Made by a program: the position numbers and the translations under genes. From NCBI GenBank assembly GCA_965243025.1, contig CBDETY010000003.1:3136001-3200000 (forward strand): DNA of 64,000 bases. Reading direction: 5' to 3'. This DNA comes from Candidatus Latescibacterota bacterium. Lineage in GTDB: Bacteria > Latescibacterota > UBA2968 > UBA8231. The notes beneath the pieces are model-generated. The model did not search any database, had not been told where the DNA came from, and saw only the letters and a program-made list of their open reading frames with translations. Positions 38,272-48,495 of the stretch are shown piece by piece; position 1 is the first letter of the stretch; every line of letters starts with the position of its first letter.

Positions 38272-39843
38272 ATGCGCTTTTTCAACACCAGCGGCCCCAT
38301 CAAGCCTGAAAGGCACTACTGCATCCCGCCGTTGGAACGCCTGGATATGGCCGAGGTGCTCGGACTGGTCCGGGACGAGAAGTACTTCGTCCTGCACGCC
38401 CCCCGGCAGACGGGCAAGACCTCGGCGCTGCTGGCGTTGCGCGACCTGCTCAACGCCGGGGGGGCCTACTGTTGCGTGTATGTCAACATCGAGGGTGCTC
38501 AAGCCCTGCGCGAAGACGTGGAGCAGGCGATGCGTGTCATTCTGGGCGAGTTGGCGACCCGGGCGCGTCTGGCGGGCGACGACTTTCTGTCCGGGGCATG
38601 GTCCGGGATTTTCGCCGAGTTCGGACCGGGTGCCCTGCGCGAGGCGTTGACGCGCTGGGCGGAGGCCGCTCCCAAACCCCTGGTGCTGCTCATCGACGAA
38701 ATCGACGCGCTGATGGGGGATTCGCTGCTGTCGGTGCTGCGTCAGTTGCGCGCCGGCTACGACCTGCGTCCGGAGGGCTTTCCGCAGAGCGTGGTGCTGT
38801 GCGGGGTGCGCGACGTGCGGGATTACCGCATCCATTCCCGCTCCGCCAATGCCATCATCGCCGGCGGCAGCGCCTTCAACATCAAGGCGCGCTCCTTCCG
38901 ACTGGGCGACTTCTCGCGAGAGGAGGTGCGCGCCCTGCTGGCCCAGCACACCGAGGAGACGGGGCAGGTGTTCATGCCCGAGGCCCTGGACGCAATCTGG
39001 AAGCAGACCCAGGGGCAGCCGTGGCTGGTCAACGCGCTGGCCGACGAAACCTGCTTCCGGGACGGCGCTGGGGCAGCCCGGGACCGTCCAGTCACCCCCG
39101 AGGCGGTCCGCCAGGGGCAAGAGCAACTCATCCTGCGCCGGGAAACGCACCTCGACCAGTTGGCCGACAAGCTGCAGGAAGACCGCGTGCGGCGCGTCGT
39201 GGAGCCGCTTTTGAGCGGGGTAGAGCAAGGGGAGTTTTCGGCTCGCGACCTCGAGTATGTCCGCGACCTGGGCTTGATCGCCCGGGACGACCCGCTCCGC
39301 ATCGCCAATCCCATCTACGCCGAAGTCGTTCCGCGCGAACTGACCTACGCCGCCCAGTCCGGCCTTGTCCAGGACACGGCCTGGTACGTCGATGCCGATG
39401 GGCGGTTGAACGCAGTCGCACTGCTGACGGCGTTCCAGGACTTCTTCCGCGAGCACTCCGAGCACTGGGTCGAACGGTTCGAGTACAAGGAAGCGGGTCC
39501 GCAACTGCTGTTGCAGGCGTTCTTGCAGCGCATCGTCAACAGCGGCGGGCGCATCGAGCGGGAATACGGCCTGGGGCGCAGGCGGACCGACCTGCTGATC
39601 GTGTGGCCGCAGGGCGAGCGGACGCGGAAGATCGTGATCGAGTGCAAAGTGCTGCACAAGAGTCTGGAGCAGACCGTGGCCGAAGGGGTGGAGCAGACGG
39701 CCGGCTACATGGATCTCTGCGCGGCCGAAGCGGGGCATCTGGTGATCTTCGACCGGCGCGCGGACCGGGGTTGGGAGGACAAGCTCTTCCACTGCCGGCG
39801 GGCGGCGGACAGCGGAATCGAGATCGACATCTGGGGCATGTGA
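38272..39843 (+). CDS. AAA-like ATPase with C-terminal PD-(D/E)XK nuclease-like domain
   Basis: FNTSGP, APRQTGKTS, LLIDEID, TQGQPWLVNA, REYGLG..RTDL...VIECK. Confidence 0.88.
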   Translation: MRFFNTSGPIKPERHYCIPPLERLDMAEVLGLVRDEKYFVLHAPRQTGKTSALLALRDLLNAGGAYCCVYVNIEGAQALREDVEQAMRVILGELATRARLAGDDFLSGAWSGIFAEFGPGALREALTRWAEAAPKPLVLLIDEIDALMGDSLLSVLRQLRAGYDLRPEGFPQSVVLCGVRDVRDYRIHSRSANAIIAGGSAFNIKARSFRLGDFSREEVRALLAQHTEETGQVFMPEALDAIWKQTQGQPWLVNALADETCFRDGAGAARDRPVTPEAVRQGQEQLILRRETHLDQLADKLQEDRVRRVVEPLLSGVEQGEFSARDLEYVRDLGLIARDDPLRIANPIYAEVVPRELTYAAQSGLVQDTAWYVDADGRLNAVALLTAFQDFFREHSEHWVERFEYKEAGPQLLLQAFLQRIVNSGGRIEREYGLGRRRTDLLIVWPQGERTRKIVIECKVLHKSLEQTVAEGVEQTAGYMDLCAAEAGHLVIFDRRADRGWEDKLFHCRRAADSGIEIDIWGM

Positions 39844-39932
39844 CGGCCCCGGTCCCACCATCCTGGCGCGGTTCCCCCCTTCCGGCCAGTGACCCACACC
39901 TTGCCGGCTCAGCCGGCTCCCGAAAGGACGAG

Positions 39933-40679
39933 ATGATCGAAACACCGGATATCGAACGGCCCCCGCAGGACCTGATCGAGGCGCTGGGCGCAATCAGCAG
40001 CGCCACCGCCAGCGGCGAGCTCGCCCGCCTGGGGATTCGCGACCCCCACCTGAGCGGCTGCATCGCGCGCACCCCGGGAAAGCGGGTCGTCGGCCCGGCG
40101 CTGACCCTGCAGTTCATGCCCAAGCGGGAGGACCTCTACGACGTCGACGAGTACGCCGACCCGGAGAGGCAGCTGCACCGCCACGCCCTCTACCACACCC
40201 GGCCGGGGGACATCGTCGTCGTCGACGCGCGCGGCAACCTGTCGAGCGGCGTCTTCGGGGACATGATGATGACCTTCTTCAAGGGGCGCGGCGGCATCGG
40301 GGCGGTGGTCGACGGCTGCATCCGCGACTTTCCCAAGGTCCGCACCCTCGGGCTCGGGCTGTGGCTGCGCGGCGTCACCCCGAACTTCCACACCCAGACC
40401 GACATCTTCCCGTACGCCGTCAACGTGCCGGTCGCCTGCGGCGGCACCACGGTCGTTCCCGGAGACATCATCGTCGCCGACGACGACGGGGCCACCGTGG
40501 TGCCGGCGGCCCTGGCCCCGGAGCTGATCGAGAAGGCGACGGCCCACGAGGAGTGGGAGGACTTCAGCCGCATGAAGCTGGCCGAGGGGGGCCACCTGCG
40601 GAAGTACTACCCCTTGAGCGAAGAGGGCCGCGCCGAGTACGAAGAGTGGCTGAAGGCCGGGGGGCCCAAGCCCGAATAG
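39933..40679 (+). CDS. RraA/HMG aldolase family protein
   Basis: GPALTLQFMP.RED, GVFGDMM, DGCIRD, VPGDIIVADDDG. Confidence 0.88.
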   Translation: MIETPDIERPPQDLIEALGAISSATASGELARLGIRDPHLSGCIARTPGKRVVGPALTLQFMPKREDLYDVDEYADPERQLHRHALYHTRPGDIVVVDARGNLSSGVFGDMMMTFFKGRGGIGAVVDGCIRDFPKVRTLGLGLWLRGVTPNFHTQTDIFPYAVNVPVACGGTTVVPGDIIVADDDGATVVPAALAPELIEKATAHEEWEDFSRMKLAEGGHLRKYYPLSEEGRAEYEEWLKAGGPKPE

Positions 40680-40768
40680 CTGCTGGCGGCCTCGACCGGG
40701 CCGCCTTCCCCGCGGGGCCGCTCACATCACCATCACAGGGACTGGTTACCGGACAAGGAAACACCCCC

Positions 40769-42244
40769 ATGCGCATCGCCACCGGCAGCATCGGCCACGA
40801 GACCAACACCTTTTCCAAGGTGCCCACCACCCTGGAGAGCTTCGAGCGGGGGACGTACGAAACCGGGGAGGGCATCGTCGCTGCCTTCGCCGGGACCGGC
40901 ACGGTCACCGGCGGTTTCATCGACGGCGCCGGAGAGCTGGGGGTCGAGCTCGTTCCCCTGCTGTGGACCTTCGCCATGCCTTCGGCCACCGTCGAGCAGA
41001 CGGCGTACGAGACCCTGAAGCGGCGCTTCCTCGAGCGCCTCGAGGCCGCCCTCCCGGTGGACGGGGTCCTGCTCGACCTGCACGGGGCCATGGTCACAGA
41101 GGCGCACGAGGACGCCGAGGGAGACCTGCTCGCCGCGGTGCGCGAAGTCGTCGGCACGATTCCCCTGGTGACCACCCTCGACCTGCACGCCAACATCACC
41201 GCGGCGATGGCGGCCTGCGCCGACGCCATAGTCGGCTTCGACACCTACCCCCACGTCGACTGCTACGAGCGCGGCCTCGAGGCCGTGCGCCTGATCCGCG
41301 ACACCGCGGCCGGGACGATTTCCCCGGAGACCGCCTACCGCCAGCTGCCCCTGCTGACCGGGCCGCCGGCGCAGTGCACGATGAAGCAGCCGATGAGCGG
41401 CATCGTCGAGAGGCTCCACGCGCTCGAGGGGCGCCCCGGAGTGCTCACCGCCACCCTGTCGATGGGGTTCCCGTTCGCCGACATCCGCGACGCCGGGGCC
41501 TCGGTGCTGGTCGCCGCAGACGGCGACAAGCAGCTCGCCGAGCACTGCGCCGAAGAGTTCGCCGGATACCTGTGGGAGCGCCGCGCCGAGCTCGTGCCCG
41601 ACCTGGTCTCCGTCGAGGAGGCGATCGCCCGCTCCCGCGCCAGCGAGGGGAAACCGTTCGTGCTCGCCGAGGGCTCGGACAATCCCGGGGGCGGCGGCCC
41701 CTGCGACGGCACCCACGTGCTGAGGGCGTTCCTCGAGGCGGGGGTGAGCTGCGCCGTGATCGCCATCATCGCCGACCCGGAGTCGGTCGACCTCGCTTTC
41801 CGGGCCGGCCCCGGAAACCGCGTCGCCCTGCGCATCGGCGGCAAGACCGACCCCCTGCACGGGGAGCCGGTGGAAGCGACGGTGGGGGTCAGGCGGATCT
41901 CCGACGGCCGCTTCGTCCACAAGGGGCCGATGGGGCGCGGCAAGTCCGGGCGCCTCGGCCGCACCGCGGTGGTCGAGGCCGGCGGCGTCACCGTCCTGCT
42001 GACCGAGGAGCGGGTGCAGCCGTACGACGTCGAGGTGCTGCGCTCGAACGGCATCGCGCCCGAGGACTGCGAGCTGATCGCCCTGAAGTCAGCCGTCCAC
42101 TTCCGCGCCGACTACACCCCGGTCGCCTGCGAGATCCTCGACGTCGACACCCCGGGGGTGCACAGCCCCGACCTCTTCAGCTACGACTACCGCAGGCTGA
42201 GGCGGCCGATCTTTCCGCTCGACCCGGATGTGAGCTGGAGGTAG
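40769..42244 (+). CDS. M81 (MlrC-like) metallopeptidase
   Basis: HETNTF, LHGAM, DLHAN, TYPHVD, DNPGGG, KSAVHFRA. Confidence 0.92.
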   Translation: MRIATGSIGHETNTFSKVPTTLESFERGTYETGEGIVAAFAGTGTVTGGFIDGAGELGVELVPLLWTFAMPSATVEQTAYETLKRRFLERLEAALPVDGVLLDLHGAMVTEAHEDAEGDLLAAVREVVGTIPLVTTLDLHANITAAMAACADAIVGFDTYPHVDCYERGLEAVRLIRDTAAGTISPETAYRQLPLLTGPPAQCTMKQPMSGIVERLHALEGRPGVLTATLSMGFPFADIRDAGASVLVAADGDKQLAEHCAEEFAGYLWERRAELVPDLVSVEEAIARSRASEGKPFVLAEGSDNPGGGGPCDGTHVLRAFLEAGVSCAVIAIIADPESVDLAFRAGPGNRVALRIGGKTDPLHGEPVEATVGVRRISDGRFVHKGPMGRGKSGRLGRTAVVEAGGVTVLLTEERVQPYDVEVLRSNGIAPEDCELIALKSAVHFRADYTPVACEILDVDTPGVHSPDLFSYDYRRLRRPIFPLDPDVSWR

Positions 42245-42440
42245 TTCAGCCGCGGCGAGCGGGCGGCTTGGGCCTCGGTGCCCGGAAGAAGAATCGCTGG
42301 CCGGACACCCACTGCCGCGTTAACCCAATCCAGTGCCGGATGCGGTGTTGGTGGGTCGGAGGTCTTCCGCGCGGGCGGGCAAGGCGCGGTTGTGGGTTGG
42401 CGAAACCAGCGCCCGGGTACGCACCCGAAGCTGAACAGCC

Positions 42441-44282
42441 TCAGCTGCCGTCGAAGACGTTGTTGCGGATCCCGAAGACGTTGCCGGGATCGATCGCCTG
42501 CTTGGTCCGGCGCAGCACCTCGATGCTGTTGGGGCTCTGGATGCCGGCGACGAACCCCTGGCGGATCTTGCCGATTCCGTGGTGGTGGGAGAGCGAGCCG
42601 CCGTTGTCGAGAATCGCCTGGCGCAGGCGGACCTCGATCTCGTGGAACACCTCGTCAGGAGCCTCGAGGCCCTTCCCCGAGAACCCCATCGTGAAGTAGA
42701 TGCAGACCCCGGTGTGGTAGGTCTGGGTGACGCGGTAGGCGAGGTAGGGGGTCCCGGCGACGCCGCGGGCGGCGCACTGCTTCGACAGCTCGTCCCCGAC
42801 CGCGCCGATGACGTCGTGGACCCTGCTCCAGGGCACCGAGGTCTCGAAGGTCTCGGCGACGATGTTGAACTGGTTGAAGAAGTCGCGCAGGTAGGCGATG
42901 CCGAAGGTCAGCATGTAGCCGCGCTGGCCGTTCCTCTCCCCTCCGTCAAGGGCGCCGAAGCGGGCCGCCGTGGCGTAGATCACCCGCCTCTGGTGGGCGA
43001 CCTCGGTCCGGTTCCCCTCCATCACCACCGTGCAGGCGGACATCGCGGCCGGGTCGAACTTCTTGATCTTCAGGAGCACGAACTTCTGCAGCCGGTCGGC
43101 GATCCCCTTCCAGAAGCCGGGCGCCGGCTTGAGCGCCTGGCTGAAGCGCAGCTCGAAGTTGCTGACCAGGCGGATGCTGGCCGGCATCACCCCGGTGCGG
43201 CGCAGCTCCCAGAGGAAGGAGACGCCCTTCTCGAAACGCGGGAACACCAGCAGCCCGTAGCGGCGCACCTCGGGCAGCGGGTGGATCTTGATTACGGCCT
43301 TGGTGATGACGCCGAAGTTCCCCTCGCTGCCGAACAGGAAAACGCGCGGCTGAATGCCGGTCGAGTTGCGCGGGGTCGGGTGCCGGGTCTCGATCTCCCC
43401 GGTCGGGGTCACCAGCGTCGCCTCGAGGACGATCTCCTCGATGTTGCCGTACTTGTTCTTCTTCATGCCGCTGGCGTTGGTCGAGATCCAGCCGCCGAGG
43501 GTCGACAGCTCGAGGCTGTCCGGGTCGTGCCCGGAGGTGAACCCCCGCGCCGCCAGCTCGCGCTCGAGGTCCTTGCCGTAAATGCCGCACTCGACGCATG
43601 CCTGCAGGTTCTCGGGGTCGACCCAGAGGACGCGGTTCATGCGCCGCATGTCGACGGAGACGATCATCCGCTCTTCTTCCGGGGGAAGAGCGAGGGCGCC
43701 GCTGACGTTGGTGCCGCCGCCGTAGGGAACGAGACAGACGCCGTGCTCGCGCGCCAGACGCAGGATGTCGGCGACCTCCTCCTCGCTCTGCGGGTGTAGC
43801 ACGAGGTCGACGGTACGCTTCAGGCCGCCGATGTACTGCAGCCGGTAGACCTCGTCGACGCTGAGCTGGCCGTGGCTGTGGGTGAGGCGCGCCTCCTCGC
43901 CGGCGTCGATCCGGTCGGGTTGCAACCTTTCCGACACGGCCGCGAGGAAGGCCTGGTTGGTCCGCGGTTCGGGCAGCGGCTGCCGCGGCACCTCTGCGAT
44001 CAATTCATCCGGAGTGAACGGCACCCCGAGGACGTCCTCGGCGAACGGGACCAGGTGCGGCATGCTGTACCCTGCCAGCATGTAGCGCCCGCCGGTCATG
44101 CGCACGCTGCGGGGGCCGTCGAACTCGATGCGGGTGTCGGTGTACCCCCACCTGTGCAGGTGGCGCTCGCCGTGGGAGACGTCGTAGTAGGCGTCCAGCC
44201 CGCCCGGCTTTCTGCGCCTGCCGAAGTACAGCAGGAGCAGGAGAAAGAGGGCGACGGCGAGCAGTGGCAGAATCTCCATCAC
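42441..44282 (-). CDS. Alkyldihydroxyacetone-phosphate synthase-like FAD oxidoreductase
   Basis: HSHGQ, PYGGGTNV, GH.PDS.E.STLGGW, SGMKKN.YGNIE, GSEG.FGVIT, ETFETSVPW, RVTQTY..G.C.YF, HHHGIGK. Confidence 0.88.
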   Translation of the reverse strand: MMEILPLLAVALFLLLLLYFGRRRKPGGLDAYYDVSHGERHLHRWGYTDTRIEFDGPRSVRMTGGRYMLAGYSMPHLVPFAEDVLGVPFTPDELIAEVPRQPLPEPRTNQAFLAAVSERLQPDRIDAGEEARLTHSHGQLSVDEVYRLQYIGGLKRTVDLVLHPQSEEEVADILRLAREHGVCLVPYGGGTNVSGALALPPEEERMIVSVDMRRMNRVLWVDPENLQACVECGIYGKDLERELAARGFTSGHDPDSLELSTLGGWISTNASGMKKNKYGNIEEIVLEATLVTPTGEIETRHPTPRNSTGIQPRVFLFGSEGNFGVITKAVIKIHPLPEVRRYGLLVFPRFEKGVSFLWELRRTGVMPASIRLVSNFELRFSQALKPAPGFWKGIADRLQKFVLLKIKKFDPAAMSACTVVMEGNRTEVAHQRRVIYATAARFGALDGGERNGQRGYMLTFGIAYLRDFFNQFNIVAETFETSVPWSRVHDVIGAVGDELSKQCAARGVAGTPYLAYRVTQTYHTGVCIYFTMGFSGKGLEAPDEVFHEIEVRLRQAILDNGGSLSHHHGIGKIRQGFVAGIQSPNSIEVLRRTKQAIDPGNVFGIRNNVFDGS

Positions 44283-44637
44283 GCTTCAAATCCTTCCCGG
44301 AGGGTGGGGCCGGCTGTCGGTGCGCGGGGACCTGAATATAGGAAACCCCTGCCCCTTCCATTTACCGAAGTCGCCCTGCGGGAGGGCGGGATAACCGATG
44401 CAGCGAGAGCGGCATGACGACGCCGCGGGAACCTCGGGTGATATGCGCATGCCTTGGCTCGCGCACCTGCGCGGCGCCCCGAGGCGAGGATGGTGTGGGG
44501 CCCGAACGCCGGGCCCTGATCCCGGCACTGGTAAGGCCCCACCCAAAAAGTGGTGGGCGGCCGAACGGGCGCCGGACCAGCCCTTGCGCCGGCACCTGGG
44601 AATCCCGCTCTCGGGCGCGGTCTCGCGGAGGTCCCCC

Positions 44638-45339
44638 TCACTCCAGGATCGACAGCACCTCCGCGAGGGAGCGGACCACCCGGTCGGCCTGCGGGGAAGC
44701 CCCCTTCGAGGTGAACTCCAGGGTCTGGATGCTGCCCATGCCGAGCGCCGCGGCCCCGGCGATGTCGGTGTCCGGATCGTCGCCGATCATCACCGCCTCC
44801 GCCGCCGCCGGGACCCCTGCCCGTTCCAGGGCGGTCTCGAAGATGCGCGCCGCCGGCTTCTCGGCCCCGGCCTCCTCGCTGGTGACGACGGCGTCGAACA
44901 GGCCGTCGAAACCCAGGGCGCCGATCTTCCCCAGCTGCGGCAGCGCCGTGTGGTTGGAGACCAGGACCAGCGGGCGCGAGGCCTTCAGGGCGGCCAGCAC
45001 CTCCGGGGCGTCCGCCTGCGGCTGCATGCGCTCGAAGAACGCCTCCCAGTAGCGGCCGTACATCCGCCGCACCAGGTCGGTCGCGGCAGGGTGCGGGCCG
45101 CCGGCGACCGCCTCGACCATGCCCTTGAAGAAGAGGGCCCGGTTGTGCGAGGCCGCCTGCCCCCGCAGCTGGCGGGCGAGCTGTCCGCGGACCTCGTCGT
45201 GAAGCGCCTGGAACTCCAGCTCCGGAATCTCGAAGGCGCCGCCGAGGACTTCCCGCGCCGCCGCGAGCCCGTGCCGGTTGCAGGGGGCGTACTCGTACAG
45301 GGTGTCGTCGAGATCGAACAGGACCGCCTTCGCCTTCAT
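44638..45339 (-). CDS. HAD-superfamily hydrolase
   Basis: FDLDDTL, EKP, MIGDD..TDI.GA. Confidence 0.9.
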   Translation of the reverse strand: MKAKAVLFDLDDTLYEYAPCNRHGLAAAREVLGGAFEIPELEFQALHDEVRGQLARQLRGQAASHNRALFFKGMVEAVAGGPHPAATDLVRRMYGRYWEAFFERMQPQADAPEVLAALKASRPLVLVSNHTALPQLGKIGALGFDGLFDAVVTSEEAGAEKPAARIFETALERAGVPAAAEAVMIGDDPDTDIAGAAALGMGSIQTLEFTSKGASPQADRVVRSLAEVLSILE

Positions 45340-45400
45340 TCTCAGCCTCTTGCCCGTCGACTTACCGGGCCAGCCCGGACCTGCCCGCGGGGCCGGATTG

Positions 45401-46390
45401 TCAGTCGAGCCGGGCGTGCTCGGGGACGATCTCCTGGCGGAAGCGGAACACCTGGGGGTCGCCTGGATCGACCTGCACCCGCACCCAGTGCATGTGGGGG
45501 GAGCCGAAGACCTCGAGCCGCGTGAAGTTGTCGAGGCGGCGGCCGCTCTCCGGTCCGGTGAGCGGCTTGTCGAGGCGGAAGTAGTGGTAGTCGCCGTGGA
45601 CGAGGAGGACGGGTCTGCGGAACGCCGAGGTCTCCCCGGACAGCGCCCGCAGGAACCCGGTGTACGGCCCCGGCGGATCCGCTTCCTGGTCCGACTCGAA
45701 ATGCGGGTTCCCGTGCATGGCGATCAGCAGCCCGGGGGCGTCCGTCTCCCGGGCGACGCGGAACCCCTCGCGCATCCAGGCGATGGCCGCGCCGGTGCGC
45801 CGCGCCACCTCGGCGTCGTCTTCCGGGGTGCGCGCCGGGAAGCCGGCCAGGGCGTTCCTGCTGCCGACGATGTGGAGAGCCACGAAAACCACACCTTCGC
45901 GGCTCCAGCGGACATGCTCGGGAAACTCCGCCCGGGCAGGGTCGGCGGCCTGGGAGACCAGCGAAAGCGAGCCGCCTCCGAGCACCCGCCCCGGCGGCGT
46001 GAAGAACAGGGCGCGCAGCCGGGCCAGCCGCTCCAGCGGCTTCCAGGACCCGGCTTTCTCGCGGTGGCAGTCCGTCCACTCGTTGTCCCCCGGCAGGAGC
46101 ACGACGGGGTGGCGGAAGCGGGAGAACATCCGCAGCCGCGACTCCAGCGCGGCGTCGGCGCAGGGGCGGCTGCCCCCCTTGAAGTCCCCCACGTGCAGGA
46201 CGAAGGCGAGGTCCTCGGCGTCGATGCGTTCGCGCAGCAGGGGGAAGCGCAGGCTGTCGGTCTCGCTGTACGGCAGGTCGCCGATGGCGGCGAAGTCGAA
46301 GCCGGCAGCCGGCACCTGTGCGGCGCTGCACAGCAGAAGCGCAACGGCCAACGGGAGGAAGGGGGGCGCGGAAGTCACTGCACTCTTCAT
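45401..46390 (-). CDS. Secreted calcineurin-like metallophosphoesterase
   Basis: Signal peptide; GDLPY, HVGD, PGDNEWTDC, VHGD.H. Confidence 0.78.
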   Translation of the reverse strand: MKSAVTSAPPFLPLAVALLLCSAAQVPAAGFDFAAIGDLPYSETDSLRFPLLRERIDAEDLAFVLHVGDFKGGSRPCADAALESRLRMFSRFRHPVVLLPGDNEWTDCHREKAGSWKPLERLARLRALFFTPPGRVLGGGSLSLVSQAADPARAEFPEHVRWSREGVVFVALHIVGSRNALAGFPARTPEDDAEVARRTGAAIAWMREGFRVARETDAPGLLIAMHGNPHFESDQEADPPGPYTGFLRALSGETSAFRRPVLLVHGDYHYFRLDKPLTGPESGRRLDNFTRLEVFGSPHMHWVRVQVDPGDPQVFRFRQEIVPEHARLD

Positions 46391-46463
46391 GAACCAATCC
46401 ATTTGTTGGAGGCGGCCTGTTCGGAGGACGGCGAGAAAGGCGGCGGCCACTCTGGCCGTGCCG

Positions 46464-46784
46464 TCAGGAAACAGCTTCCCACTCTTCTCCGTAGTGAATG
46501 GTGATCTCCTGGTCCCTGGGAATGAGCCGCAGGGCGTAGAGGTGGTCCCCGTCGAACCCGGCGTTGGGACGGCCGGAGTGGTTGAGGAAGCGCAGCCCGT
46601 TCTTTCCCAGGAGGCCGACTGTACTGCCGTCGTCACCCTCGACCCAGAGCACGTGCGTTCCGTTGCGGCCGGTGGGGGTCCCGATATACACCCCGATAAG
46701 CTCGCCGCGGGTGATCCTGCGGGCGGCGAATACCCCCTTGCCGTGGATGGGGCTGGGACCGGTGTAGTAGCTGTGTGCAGGCAA
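46464..46784 (-). CDS. Minimal SET-domain protein
   Basis: SPIHGKGVFA, RFLNHS..PN, EITIHYG. Confidence 0.85.
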   Translation of the reverse strand: MPAHSYYTGPSPIHGKGVFAARRITRGELIGVYIGTPTGRNGTHVLWVEGDDGSTVGLLGKNGLRFLNHSGRPNAGFDGDHLYALRLIPRDQEITIHYGEEWEAVS

Positions 46785-46955
46785 TGCGGCTCATCCTGCT
46801 GAAATGTGAAGGTCTGGCGGGGAAGGGTATTTCTACTGTAGGGATCGCGCCGGCATTCCTGCAAGTGGGGTATCCCCATGAAGATTCATCCGTGTATACT
46901 TCCAGGACGAAGGTTCAGGGAAGGACGTTCCCTGCCTGCCCATATGGAGGTTCCC

Positions 46956-47504
46956 ATGACGACCGCGGCCCTGGTCACCGCTGACGAGTTGTTGCAGATG
47001 GAGGACGATGGGTTCCGCTACGAGCTCGTGCGGGGGGAGTTGAGAAAAAAGAGTCCGGCAGGCCACCGGCACGGCAGAATCGCGCTCAACCTGACAGGGC
47101 CGCTTTTCCAGCACGTAAAGAGGTACGATCTGGGATCCGGATATGCCGCTGGAACCGGGTTCGAACTGGCTGCGGACCCCGACCTGGTGCGGGCCCCGGA
47201 CGCGGCCTTCATACGGGCAGAGCGGGTCGAGGCGGTGGGCGAGACCGAAGGCTTCTGGCCGGGTGCACCCGACCTGGCCGCCGAGGTCCTCTCACCCGGA
47301 GAAACCTCGTCGGAGGTGCAGGAAAAGATCGCCGACTGGCTCGACGCCGGAACCCGCCTGGTCGTCTTGGTCGATCCGGAAAATCAAACGGTAACCCTGT
47401 ACCGCTCGCGCAGGGACGTCCGCGTCCTGACCATCGACGACGTACTCGAAGGCGGAGAGGTGGTGCCTGACTGGGCTCTTCCGGTCCGGGATATCTTTCT
47501 CTGA
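46956..47504 (+). CDS. Uma2 family endonuclease
   Basis: YELVRG, RAPDAAF, PDLAAEVLSP; GGAGG SD. Confidence 0.9.
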   Translation: MTTAALVTADELLQMEDDGFRYELVRGELRKKSPAGHRHGRIALNLTGPLFQHVKRYDLGSGYAAGTGFELAADPDLVRAPDAAFIRAERVEAVGETEGFWPGAPDLAAEVLSPGETSSEVQEKIADWLDAGTRLVVLVDPENQTVTLYRSRRDVRVLTIDDVLEGGEVVPDWALPVRDIFL

Positions 47505-47593
47505 GAAGCGGACTGTCCGCGGCTGCCCGCCCTCTCCGGGGCGGGCATGCTCACCTTGCCGCACTCTTCGCCCCGACAATTCCCATCAGCTCA

Positions 47594-48271
47594 TCAGCCC
47601 TCCTGCCGAGCCTTCATCTCCGCCAGCAGCCTGCGGCGGTACTCCTCGCTGCCGAGCTCGTCCAGCCTGGCGCACTCCTCGTCCGACAGGAAGGAGGGGG
47701 TGCCGACCTGCAGGGCCCGCCACTGGATATCCGCCTGTTCCTCGATGGCGAGGCTGCGGTAGAGGGCCTCCTTTATCGAGGCGCCCACGGTGATGCTGCC
47801 GTGGTTGCGCAGCACCATGCCTGCGACCTCCGGGTCGGCGAACCCGGCGGTGACCGCGGCGGCCAGCTCCGGGGTGGTCACGGTGATGTAGTCGACATGC
47901 GGCACGTTGGGCCCGAGGTACACGTAGTAATCGGCGAACATCGGTCTCAGGTCGTGCCCGGCCGCGGTCAGGGCGATGGCGGTGCGCGGATGGGTGTGGA
48001 TGACGGCCTCCAGCTCCGGGCGCGCGCGGTAGATCCCGAGGTGCATCAGCACCTCGGACGAAGGGCGCCTGCCGGGGCTGACGATCTCCCCGCTGTCGAT
48101 GTCGACGCGGGGGTAGTCGGCCGCGGCCGCCTCGCCGAGGGAAAAGCCGCTCGGCGAGATCCACATGCCGCCCCCCTCGCGGGCGCTGACGTTGCCGCCG
48201 GCCCCGGTGACGAGGCCGCTTGCGCTCAGGCCCCGCGCGGTTCCCACCAGTTCTTCGAGTATGGCGCTCAT
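47594..48271 (-). CDS. Class II aldolase/adducin family protein
   Basis: GGNVSAR, PSSE..MH..IY, IHTHP, LRNHG. Confidence 0.92.
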   Translation of the reverse strand: MSAILEELVGTARGLSASGLVTGAGGNVSAREGGGMWISPSGFSLGEAAAADYPRVDIDSGEIVSPGRRPSSEVLMHLGIYRARPELEAVIHTHPRTAIALTAAGHDLRPMFADYYVYLGPNVPHVDYITVTTPELAAAVTAGFADPEVAGMVLRNHGSITVGASIKEALYRSLAIEEQADIQWRALQVGTPSFLSDEECARLDELGSEEYRRRLLAEMKARQEG

Positions 48272-48495
48272 TTCGAGATTGCTCCGTTACAGGGTTGCCG
48301 GCTGCCCGCCCGTTGCTTCCCTCCCCGCACACCTCGGGTACGACTCGCCCAGGCGGCTCGCGAGCCGGGCGCTCTCTCCATACGCTTGGTTTCGCGCGCA
48401 GTCCAGGTCGCTGGTTCCCCGGACCTGTGTCCGCAGGCGCCCCCCCAGGCCGTTCCCGGACAAAGCGGACCAATGCCGCCCGCCCGGACCTGTAT

